A stretch of DNA of 37,026 nucleotides from Macrostomum lignano (lineage: Eukaryota), in the NCBI GenBank assembly GCA_002269645.1, contig NIVC01000828.1:54978-92003 (forward strand). The letters are read 5' to 3'. Numbering within the stretch: the stretch's first letter is position 1; every line of letters starts with the position of its first letter. The notes beneath the pieces are model-generated. The model saw only the letters and a program-made list of their open reading frames with translations. It was not told where the DNA came from and searched no databases. Below are positions 24,201 to 32,788 of this stretch, one piece after another. The translations under genes were made by a program, and so were the position numbers.

Positions 24201-25894
24201 GGACATGGGCGTCTGTGAGATGCTGCAGACATCAGTCGGGTCGGTACGCTACAAGGAAGAGCTTGAAGTAAGAGAGTGCGCATCCTTCCTCGAGACTTCG
24301 GTCATGGTCGGCTCCGTTCGAGCGAAACAGAGTAGACGGCATGGGCGTCTGTGAGATGCTGCAGACATCAGTCGGGTCGGTACGCTACAAGGAAGAGCTT
24401 GAAGTAAGAGAGTGCGCATCCTTCCTCGAGACTTCGGTCATGGTCGGCTCCGTTCGAGCGAAACAGGATGTGGAGGACATGGGCGTCTGTGAGATGCTGC
24501 AGACATCGGACTCGACAATGCGCTACAAAGAAGAGCTAGAAGTGAGAGAATGCGCTTCGTTCCTTGAGACATCCTTCATGGTCGGCTCCGTTCGAGCGAA
24601 ACAGGATGTGGAGGACATGGGCGTCTGTGAGATGCTGCAGACATCAGTCGGGTCGGTACGCTACAAGGAAGAGCTTGAAGTAAGAGAGTGCGCATCCTTC
24701 CTCGAGACTTCGGTCATGGTCGGCTCCGTTCGAGCGAAACAGGATGTGGAGGACATGGGCGTCTGTGAGATGCTGCAGACATCAGTCGGGTCGGTACGCT
24801 ACAAGGAAGAGCTTGAAGTGAGAGTGCGCATCCTTCCTCGAGACTTCAGTCATGGTCGGCTCCGTTCGAGCGAAACAGGATGTGGAGGACATGGGCGTCT
24901 GTGAGATGCTGCAGACATCGGACTCGACAATGCGCTACAAAGAAGAGCTAGAAGTGAGAGAATGCGCTTCGTTCCTTGAGACATCCTTCATGGTCGGCTC
25001 CGTTCGAGCGAAACAGGATGTGGAGGACATGGGCGTCTGTGAGATGCTGCAGACATCAGTCGGGTCGCGCTACAAGGAAGAGCTTGAAGTAAGAGAGTGC
25101 GCATCCTTCCTCGAGACTTCGGTCATGGTCGGCTCCGTTCGAGCGAAACAGGATGTGGAGGACATGGGCGTCTGTGAGATGCTGCAGACATCGGACTCGA
25201 CAATGCGCTACAAAGAAGAGCTAGAAGTGAGAGAATGCGCTCGTTCCTTGAGACATCCTTCATGGTCGGCTCCGTTCGAGCGAAACAGGATGTGGAGGAC
25301 ATGGGCGTCTGTGAGATGCTGCAGACATCAGTCGGGTCGGTACGCTACAAGGAAGAGCTTGAAGTAAGAGAGTGCGCATCCTTCCTCGAGACATCCTTCA
25401 TGGTCGGCTCCGTTCGAGCGAAACAGGATGTGGAGGACATGGGCGTCTGTGAGATGCTGCAGACATCAGTCGGGTCGGTACGCTACAAGGAAGAGCTTGA
25501 AGTAAGAGAGTGCGCATCCTTCCTCGAGACTTCAGTCATGGTCGGCTCCGTTCGAGCGAAACAGGATGTGGAGGACATGGGCGTCTGTGAGATGCTGCAG
25601 ACATCGGACTCGACAATGCGCTACAAAGAAGATCTAGAAGTTAGAGAGTGTGTCAGCTTTCTTGAACGTCCTTTTGTTCAGAGTGAACTTTTGGTTCATC
25701 CTATTTCTTCAAGCGTTGGTGTTCAGTGCAACCAGCCGATTGGTTCTACGTCCGTTTGTTTTGAGGTTTCGACATCGACTGGGTTTATTTCGACTTTCGC
25801 AACATTTGCCGATGCGTCGGCTCAAGTTTTTCAAGAAGTCCGTGGAACTGGTCTTCTTATTGAAGAGAAAATTTTCGTGACTCCTTTCGATTAA
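211..25894 (+). CDS. Giant tandem-repeat protein (~8,577 aa reconstructed) in one very large exon; frameshifted in this assembly; family unknown; true 5' boundary uncertain
   Basis: The + strand ORFs 211-1311, 1311-2300, 2309-2917, 2926-12441 and all later + ORFs to 25894 translate the same repeat family and abut at 1-3 bp deletions. Examples: TTTT at ~1306-1309 (one more T joins the frames), GAGTCATT at ~2286 vs GAGTCCATT in intact copies, and GCTTCGTAC at ~2836 vs GCTTCGGTAC. 211-25894 (25,684 bp) plus 50 missing bp = 25,734 = 3 x 8,578. 2926-12400 is open with no stop. No AT-rich intron-like interruption occurs. It ends ...KIFVTPFD* followed by AT-rich DNA. Confidence 0.85.
1605..2222 (+). 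repeat. Four degenerate founder repeat units (46, 57, 57, 46 aa)
   Basis: Units start at 1605 (KFSNMPK), 1743, 1914 and 2085 (RFKDEP), spaced 138/171/171/138 bp. They share the ...EC...(M/I)G(V/A)... skeleton of the downstream units. Confidence 0.85.
2223..10071 (+). repeat. Coding higher-order array: 8 copies of a 276-bp BC cassette (two 46-aa units) interleaved with 33 copies of a 171-bp (57-aa) A unit
   Basis: Cassette spacings are 1130 (1131 minus one deletion), 789, 447, 1302, 1302, 789 and 1302 = 276 + n x 171. This gives BC-A5-BC-A3-BC-A1-BC-A6-BC-A6-BC-A3-BC-A6-BC-A3. A = RYKEEPKLDECFTFSETTFLEGAIRVETLVKEASVQVEQSVDGMGVCEMLLTSDGSV. Confidence 0.95.
10072..25666 (+). repeat. Coding array of 113 full plus 1 partial 138-bp (46-aa) units in two main variants (X and Y)
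   Basis: Unit is RYKEELEVRECASFLETS(V/F)MVGSVRAKQDVEDMGVCEMLQTS(VGSV/DSTM). 10072 to 25619 is 15,547 bp = 113 x 138 - 47, which matches the 47 bp I counted missing at 33 deletion sites. Confidence 0.95.
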
Positions 25895-26218
25895 TTTTTT
25901 AATTTGATACAAAATGGATAAAATTTTATGATTTTTCTAAGTAGCAAGAAACTTTCGCCAGTTTTAATCTCCTCAACGTTTTTGTGCTTTTTTAGCTTCA
26001 GAAACGTTGAAATATTTATTAGTTTTGTGTTTTAGGTAGCTAAGAAGTAGATGGGCCCCTGCTTTTGCTATATTGCAATTGGGGATCTTTTTAGTTGTAT
26101 TTAACTAAACTTGGTGCAGCGAAATTCGAGTTATTGGCTGTCAGCTGTAAATTTTATGCAGCTTTTTAAAATCTTACAAATTAAGGTAGCATGAAGTGAG
26201 CAGGTTAATGCTTAATGG

Positions 26219-26224
26219 AATAAA
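26219..26224 (+). promoter_or_regulatory. Candidate polyadenylation signal for the giant-repeat gene
   Basis: AATAAA 325 bp after the TAA at 25894. The motif is common by chance in AT-rich DNA. Confidence 0.25.
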
Positions 26225-26460
26225 ATCACAGTACCATTAAGGTAGTCTAACTTATATATACTTTTTATTGCATACGTGGTGCAAGCCAGTGAGTTGTGGC
26301 CTGTCTATTGTTTTAATATCGGTCCAAATTACCCGTACAATATAAAGTTGCTTTTTTCGTTTCAACGAGTACCCTATTTTCTTGTGGTCATGAATATCTT
26401 TTAAACATTGAAATCAAACATTCATGGATTATGCAGGTATTTAAAAATAATTTTGTTGAT

Positions 26461-26784
26461 CAGTGGCGGATCCAGGAATTCTGTTTGGGAAGTGGCGGAC
26501 TGTCAGGGGGCGCCAATGACAATCACAAATGGGGGCGCCAGGGGGCCAATGTTGCGCCAGTGGAGCTAGGTTTAGTTTATTACCCTTTGCTGTCTTAGTT
26601 GGGAGGGGCACTAAAAATCTTCATATGGGGTGGGCCAGTATCAGGGTGGGGGTCGCGCAGCAGATGTCAGTCTTTAAGCACCTGGATGAATCCTTTCCGT
26701 AAGGTCGGTGTGCATTGGCGTCAGTGGGGGCGCCATAAACCCATGACCGAAATTTTCCCCCCCGCCCCCCTAAATCCGCCCTTG
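26461..26784. mobile_element. Non-autonomous hAT-type MITE (324 bp) with 8-bp target-site duplication
   Basis: Left end CAGTGGCGGATCCAGG; right end reverse-complements to CAAGGGCGGATTTAGG (12/16 match). Flanks are TTGTTGAT (26453-26460) and TTGTTGCT (26785-26792), 7/8 identical. GC-rich island in AT-rich DNA. Confidence 0.85.
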
Positions 26785-27536
26785 TTGTTGCTTAACATTA
26801 TTTTTACTAAATAACACAATTCAATGTGAAAGTGAAACTGATTACAGTATAGTGACTAACATTAGATTTATCTTTTGTTTATTTGAACAATAATATATGT
26901 TACGTTTTACTGTGACGCATGCAGTAGTGCATCATTCGATTTTTTCAATTTTGCTCGTGGTAGTTATTACATTACTGTTATTACAGTAAATTATTATGTT
27001 TGATATCCAGTTTTTAGTTTTTTCAATTTACTTCCTAATATATTTATTTAAAGTTAGTTTAAAAACAGTGCTGAGCTGGCCTTGGATTTTTTTGCTATAA
27101 AACGGTCTCTTTGGGTGAAGATATTGCTCTTTGCTAGAGACATTGCTGCAAAATACTATGTGCTTCAGAATAGAGTCATACAAGTACATGTACGTCATTT
27201 TAAGTAGTTTTTCTATCATTCATAAAATAAATAGTAAATTCGTATCATTAGATAATCATATACGATGCTCTATCATTCGTTGAAACTTACTCTACATTTG
27301 CTTAAGTCTTTAACATTGTAAAATGGTTGGTTTTACGTTACCCTACGTGCGTACTTGTACCAGTAAGATAGCTTGTATATACGCGTATACACGTGTTCTA
27401 TATTGCTACATCTACATGTGTGATAGCTATGATGCACGGACGCGTGGCGACAATGATGCAATTCGATATTACTATATAGTAAACAATGATAAATTATTAT
27501 TATTACACTTAAATTATTATTATAATAGTAACGCGC

Positions 27537-27860
27537 GACGTAACTATCACCCACACCTGCGCCTCAAGTCACCTGCACGCTTCTGCTATCGCCCCGCGCA
27601 GCTGCCACTTCGGCCGAGGCCCGCAAATCAGCCAAGTACACCGACCTGGGCGACCACGATGACTTCCACCCGGTCGGTGTGAAAATGCTGCAGTTGCCTT
27701 CGGCCCCCATGCCCTGAAGCTATACATGTAGTTGTCGCCCTTGCGGCCTGCATCCGCGCTAATTCTGGGGAGCGGGGGATCCGGGTGCGCATCTTCCGCC
27801 GACTCGGGGCAGTTGTTCCCAGGCTAGAAACGCCCCGCACCATTTTCGCCTCCCACGCCC
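27537..27860 (+). mobile_element. Frameshifted 3' relic of a non-LTR retrotransposon with a restriction-like endonuclease (CRE/R2-type)
   Basis: Mosaic translation DVTITHTCASSHLHASAIAPR / AATSAEARKSAKYTDLGDHDDFHPVGV / FGPHALKL / LAACIRANSGERGIRVRIFRRLGAVV. This follows the DVT...AExxKxxKY...FxPxxxE..GP...RL pattern of the C-terminal REL domain of these elements. Confidence 0.7.
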
Positions 27861-29000
27861 ACGCCACACTCACGTCTACGGGAGGCCCGCTGCTGAGTTT
27901 TGTTTCTTGCTTTTTACATCCTATGGGTAATTTTTTAACTACTTTGATGCTTAGCTCATTTCGAGTCACAAATTGTTATTATTGTTATTATTAATATTAT
28001 CATTATTATAAATAATATCATTCATAGATTAGATGATACTGCTGCACCCCAGCCACCCGTCCCCCAATCATGTACGTTGCTATTGCTATCGATTACTCAG
28101 CCCCTCTCACCCCTTCGCTTCCCAGTGTCAAAAACTCCGGCGAATCGCGCAGCGAAATGTCCCGGGAAACTGCAGCGAATCACCGGAGAAAAAACGCCGT
28201 TTTTTTACAGCCTACTTATAGTAGCATACTATGCGCATGAAATTAATCGAATCCTTTATAATTAGGCTGGTAGTTTACATTATAGGTTCACCGTGATAAA
28301 AAAATAGTGAAGACTATTTCATAACACAATTTAATAGAATTATTTAATTTTATAGATTATCAGATTTTATATTTTATCAGTATTTTATTATGCTTACGAA
28401 AATATACCAGTATAAAAAATGTCAGCAAATTAATAGCAGATAGAGTGATATTGCATTTTAATATATGCGCATGCATATTGCATACTGCTATTGGATGCAG
28501 TGAGAAACACACTACGTTAAATTCAATATTTTCACAGAGCAATTGATTAGGGCAGAAAATTTCATTTTAAACTTTGTAAAGCCAAATGTAAGCGTTATCA
28601 AACTTGTAAAAGAATAATTGTTTAGGAACGCTCTGAAAGGACTGATTGATAAGCAAGGAAGACAAGTTACAATTTGAAGAAAAACATATGCATTTATGAG
28701 TAAAGGTAATTAAGACATAAATCATATATATTGCCGCGCATGTATGAACATGTTATATACAATTAGCATTAGCACTAAAGATGCAAAAAATTACCACTTA
28801 CACGATTGAAATAGGTTAAGGAAAGAAATTACGAAAGTAAACAGTTAATTCATGTTACAAAAGAAGAGTAAAAGGCGCACATTGACTGATGTATACGTAT
28901 GCTTTATGATACTTTTAATAAATACAGGCTTTCTCTCGGTCGCACGTTCATTACCTACATGGCGTCGCAAGCAGGGGCCTTTTCATATTGCTTGCTCTGG

Positions 29001-29214
29001 TTCCAGAACCAGAACCAATTTGTGAAGTATAACTTTTTGTCTCCATAACTAGAGGGAGATACGTACTATAAAGTTTTTATTATTGAATGACAATCGCCAA
29101 GAAGAAAGTGAAAAATTGTGCTAAGTTAGGTTGTTAAGGCAGTCGAATATTAACAGAGTTTAATAGTTATACTGCTGTTTTTCTTGGAATTCCGAACCGA
29201 TTCTGGTTCTGGAA
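29001..29214. repeat. Perfect 14-bp inverted repeat pair
   Basis: TTCCAGAACCAGAA (29001-29014) and TTCTGGTTCTGGAA (29201-29214); no flanking TSD seen. Confidence 0.6.
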
Positions 29215-29235
29215 TTGGTAATATGAAAAGGCCCC

Positions 29236-29373
29236 AGGATCTGGACGAACACCGTCGGATGAAATCACGTGTGGCTGACATACTGAAGAAACACCAACTT
29301 TCAGTTTCTTGCGATTAAGTTTTAAATTCGACTGACGGGCTTCATTGAGCACCTTGAGTAGCTTCTGATCGTG
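29236..29373 (-). mobile_element. Small Ty3/Gypsy-like reverse transcriptase fragment
   Basis: Minus strand reads HDQKLLKVLNEARQSNLKLNRKKLKVGVSSVCQPHVISSDGVRPDP. This matches the HD...VL..AR...LKLN..K......YLGHVIS.DG..PDP segment of LTR-retrotransposon RT, with YLG degenerate. Confidence 0.65.
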
Positions 29374-29809
29374 CCATCAACTGACTTTCACGAGTGATCG
29401 CAAGCGTTCACACTGCAATCAACTGACATATACTGAGGAGAATGAGTGGGCGAACGCAAGTTTTCCAATTTTTTTCGCGAGTAATACTGTGCGCACATAT
29501 CTCCAGCTGAGCCCAGATTCGTGCATCTTTTCAGCAAGTTTGAGAAAACTACTTTGTGCTTTGAATTCAATACCAGTGTACAGTCTGTATCAGAGTACAA
29601 AGGCCAGCGCTCTTATTGATATAACTGGCGCGAGCTAACAAAAAACCAAGCACCTACACTTTTCCGATCGTCCTTTTTCCTGGTATTTCGATTGTCAATC
29701 AGGGTGCCGAAGGTCGTATATAAACAGGATTTTCTTGCACATTGTTTACCAGAGGTTCCAGCGGCAACCAACAGGCGCTGTTTTTTCACACTTGCCATTT
29801 CGCTTACGT

Positions 29810-30226
29810 CAGGGGGTCAGCAAACTTTTTTACCCCAAGGGCCAGAGCAGATAAAGAACCTAGAGCATGACTGCGTCCGGAGGAATTGAAGGAGGAGATG
29901 AGAGAGGGATCATAAAAAAGAAGGAAGGGAGATGGGAGAAGGGAGAGGCGAGGGAATAAAGGAGCAAAGATGAGAGGAGAGGAGAGATGAATTAGGCTAG
30001 GAGAGTAGAAAAGAGAAGAGAGAGGGATCGAGTAGAGGAATAAAGAGAGAGGAGAGAAGAAGAGGGGAGAGAAGAAGAGTGGAGAGAAGAGAGAAGAGCA
30101 CTGAGAAGAGACAAACATTGAGCGGGCCGAGTTACTATTGTGCAGTTTCAAAGGACCGCGAGGGCCGGATGAAGAGACTTTGCGGGCCGCATGTGGCCTG
30201 CGGGCCTGAGTTTGCCGCGACCCCTG
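29810..30226. mobile_element. Non-autonomous hAT (Charlie-like) element with an internal purine-rich tract
   Basis: Starts CAGGGGGTCAGCAAACTTTTT and ends GGGCCGCATGTGGCCTGCGGGCCTGAGTTTGCCGCGACCCCTG, the typical Charlie-type termini and GGGCCGC subterminal motifs. Flanks GCTTACGT and GCTCATAT are 5/8 identical (decayed TSD). Confidence 0.8.
29881..30110. repeat. GA-rich low-complexity tract inside the MITE
   Basis: Almost pure A/G on the + strand (GAGAG/GGAGA/AGAAG motifs). Confidence 0.85.
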
Positions 30227-30768
30227 GCTCATATGATGGAAAATAATAAAAATAGTTAATAACCTGCTGGGGTGTGATGACCAATCAATTTTGAAGCGAC
30301 AGTCAGACTAGACAGAGATTTGTTAAAATAGAGTGGCTTGAGTTGAATTTCGTGTGTTGCGCATTTTTGGGTGCTGTCTAAGAGGCAAGCTGTAGTTAGC
30401 TGCGATTTCAAGTGAACACAGAAAAATTATGAAATTCTGTGTGGTCAAACGAGTCATGTGATTTGGTCTTTCATTTGATTGCAATGTGAATGAGCCTTAA
30501 AGCGTGCTACCTTACCTGAATAATTTTACATTCTTTCTTATTTGGGCCCCCGAAGCTAGTGGAGACTAGATTGGTAGTAAGGTATCTAAAAAGTAAAAAT
30601 AACTTAGGCCTCTCAGCTAGAACTAAAACTATAGTTTCCAAAGCTTTTTAAACTTAGCAGCCGCAGTGAGCAATTTATCTCTGCATGGCAACGTCCACTT
30701 TGTTTGAATCGGTAAAATGTTTGCGTAAAGCCAGTGGTGGAAATTCGAACGAAATAATTTAGCGCAGA

Positions 30769-31206
30769 TTGAAAAAAAGAAAAGAAAATCAGCAACATAT
30801 TAAACTCTACAAAAACGCCTATCTCTACAAAAAAATCTGCAAGCCCGACCTGTCAAATTACTTTCCATGCACATTTAGAAACAAAAAATTCTTAACAACT
30901 CTCCTAAAACTGAAATGCGAGATTACACCCAACTTTTTTTTCTCAAGAACCATGTAAAATGTGTGGAGCGCGAATTGGTTCTGACATTCTACACTACTTG
31001 ACCGAATGTCCACAAACTGAAGAGATCAGGAAAAAATACTTCTGCGATCAATACCTCTTAAATGGCAATCAAATACACAAGATAGGATATGCTACAAATG
31101 AAAAAAGAGTCAGAAAAGAACTCACTGGTGTAGCTAAAATATATGAAGTCATGAATAGCTAAAACAGTTAAACAAACTGAATCAGATACATTAGCAGTGT
31201 AATAAA
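30769..31206 (+). mobile_element. 5'-truncated LINE-like 3' end (ORF2 C-terminal zinc knuckle)
   Basis: Joining the ORFs across the T-run at ~30934-30942 gives ...LLKLKCEITPN..SQEPCKMCGARIGSDILHYLTECPQTEEIRKKY..., a CxxC...HxxxxC knuckle. Stop at 31162, AATAAA at 31201-31206. Confidence 0.7.
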
Positions 31207-31780
31207 TCCGCTTTTCAGTTATTTATTCAAAAATAAGCGCTTTCAAAAATACTGCTATTGTAATTACGGTTATATATGCTTAGATATATTGGCATAAAAT
31301 AGTTATTTTTTTTCTTTATTTTTTTTCTCTTTTCGATTTTTCGTTCGAACTTTACTCGCAACTTATCGTAATCAAAGTAATCTCGCAATTAAAGCTAATA
31401 CCTCGTAATTCGTACTCATTTTTGTATTAATATTTATACTCGATGTTAGTTGTTAGTCGTCACTTTTCGCCCAAAAATACCGTAAAAATTCTGGCGCGCT
31501 TTCAAATACTTTATCTTTTACAATAACTCGTCATGCAATCGTCGTCAACGTCAAATCGTCTTTAAACCTCTATTTCGAAAATTTTTCCAAATACACAGCT
31601 CTATAATATATTGGCCAAACAGGCTAATCGCCTGAGCCAACTTCTTACTACTAATTGATTCCGCGGCCCTGCTGCAATTATTATCATCGACATCGATTAT
31701 GAAGATTCTCCAGCACATTATGCACGTAATCGTTCCTAGTCATGCAAGATCGTTGTCTTAATTACCATGCACTAACCAAA

Positions 31781-31891
31781 GGGAGTCATTTCGTCATCCA
31801 CCAGGCGCAATTGTGTTGGGAGTCATTTCGTCATTCACCAAGCGCAATTGTGTTGGGAGTCATTTCGTCATCTACCAAGCGCAATTGTGTT
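31781..31891. repeat. Three tandem 37-bp copies
   Basis: GGGAGTCATTTCGTCATYYACCARGCGCAATTGTGTT at 31781, 31818 and 31855, head to tail with no spacers. Confidence 0.95.
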
Positions 31892-31914
31892 TATTCTAAG
31901 TGAAATTTAGTATA

Positions 31915-32788
31915 TAGGCCTATATGTTAGGCCTATGTCAATAGGCCTATCTCCATCAGGCTATAAAATATAGACAAAAGTTGCTTAGAATTAGTTTTTA
32001 TAGGCCCCTATCATCATCTGTAATTTTATTTTAATATCTAGAAAGTCTAGAAGACTTGGCATCAATTTATTGGATCAAAATTTCAGTTTAACTTTGTGCC
32101 ATGTGTTCATATTTGTAGGCCTAACTAGTACGTAGGCCTAACCTTTGTACATTTGTAATTTTGTACCTTTTGGCCAGGAGGCATTGCAGCTATCCTGCAG
32201 AATCATTTGTTAAACTCAATCTATATGCACATTTTTAGCTATTGACATGAAATTTTCGAAATTATAGCATTGCATTTACATTGTCATCAATCAATTTTTT
32301 TATCACTTGGTATCAAAGACCTACTTAGTAGGCCTATGAAATTTTGGCACTTATGGCAATAGGCATAGACCTATGGTTTGCTTTAAAGTATTTGTAATTT
32401 TGGTATCCTAAGACTATGTATAGGTGCCACTAATATCAAATTTGTTAATAGGCCTTCTCCTTATCTAGGCCTAATTCAACAACTCAAAGCAGATCAAAGC
32501 ATGCCCAGTTGATAAAATGAAACAACTTTTGAATTATAGTTATTCAAAGCCAAATGCATATAGGCCTAGGGCCTAAAGCATTTAGCATTTGTTCAAAATT
32601 TTATTAATAGGCACCTAGTTTATTGGCCTATGGCTAATATTAAATATTTATTTCTTTATCATTGTCTAGGCTTATTGTTCTTTTTAAAATATCTCTTCTT
32701 TGTTATAGGGGCCTAATTGATAAGATAAAAGAATTTATAAGAGAATGAAATATGATTTTTTTATTTATTTCTAATTATATTAGGCCTA
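31915..32788. repeat. Dispersed cluster of the palindrome TAGGCCTA
   Basis: TAGGCCTA at 31915, 31928, 31942, 32116, 32133, 32329, 32466, 32561 and 32781, plus TAGGCCTT at 32449 and several near matches, in AT-rich DNA. Confidence 0.9.

Noticed and set aside
12400-25245. Programmed ribosomal frameshifting, or many separate small genes
   Set aside because: No slippery heptamers, and the breaks coincide with variant columns. Assembly error explains them more simply.
2223-25666. CRISPR array or non-coding satellite
   Set aside because: There are no unique spacers, the context is eukaryotic, unit lengths are multiples of 3, and variation is synonymous in one frame.
211-25894. Assignment to titin, mucin, giant ankyrin, KANK, AHNAK or a known flatworm adhesive protein
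   Set aside because: No Ig/FN3, ankyrin, PTS-rich, vWD/TIL or other diagnostic domain is visible. The resemblance is architectural only, so no gene symbol is given.
29388-29600. Possible hAT dimerisation motif on the minus strand (KLAFAHSFSSVYVS*LQCERL)
   Set aside because: Only a loose CER match, with a stop codon; too weak without a profile search.
31480-31510. E2F/CHR-like promoter element (CTGGCGCGCTTTCAAAT)
   Set aside because: Short motif with no evidence of a nearby transcription start.
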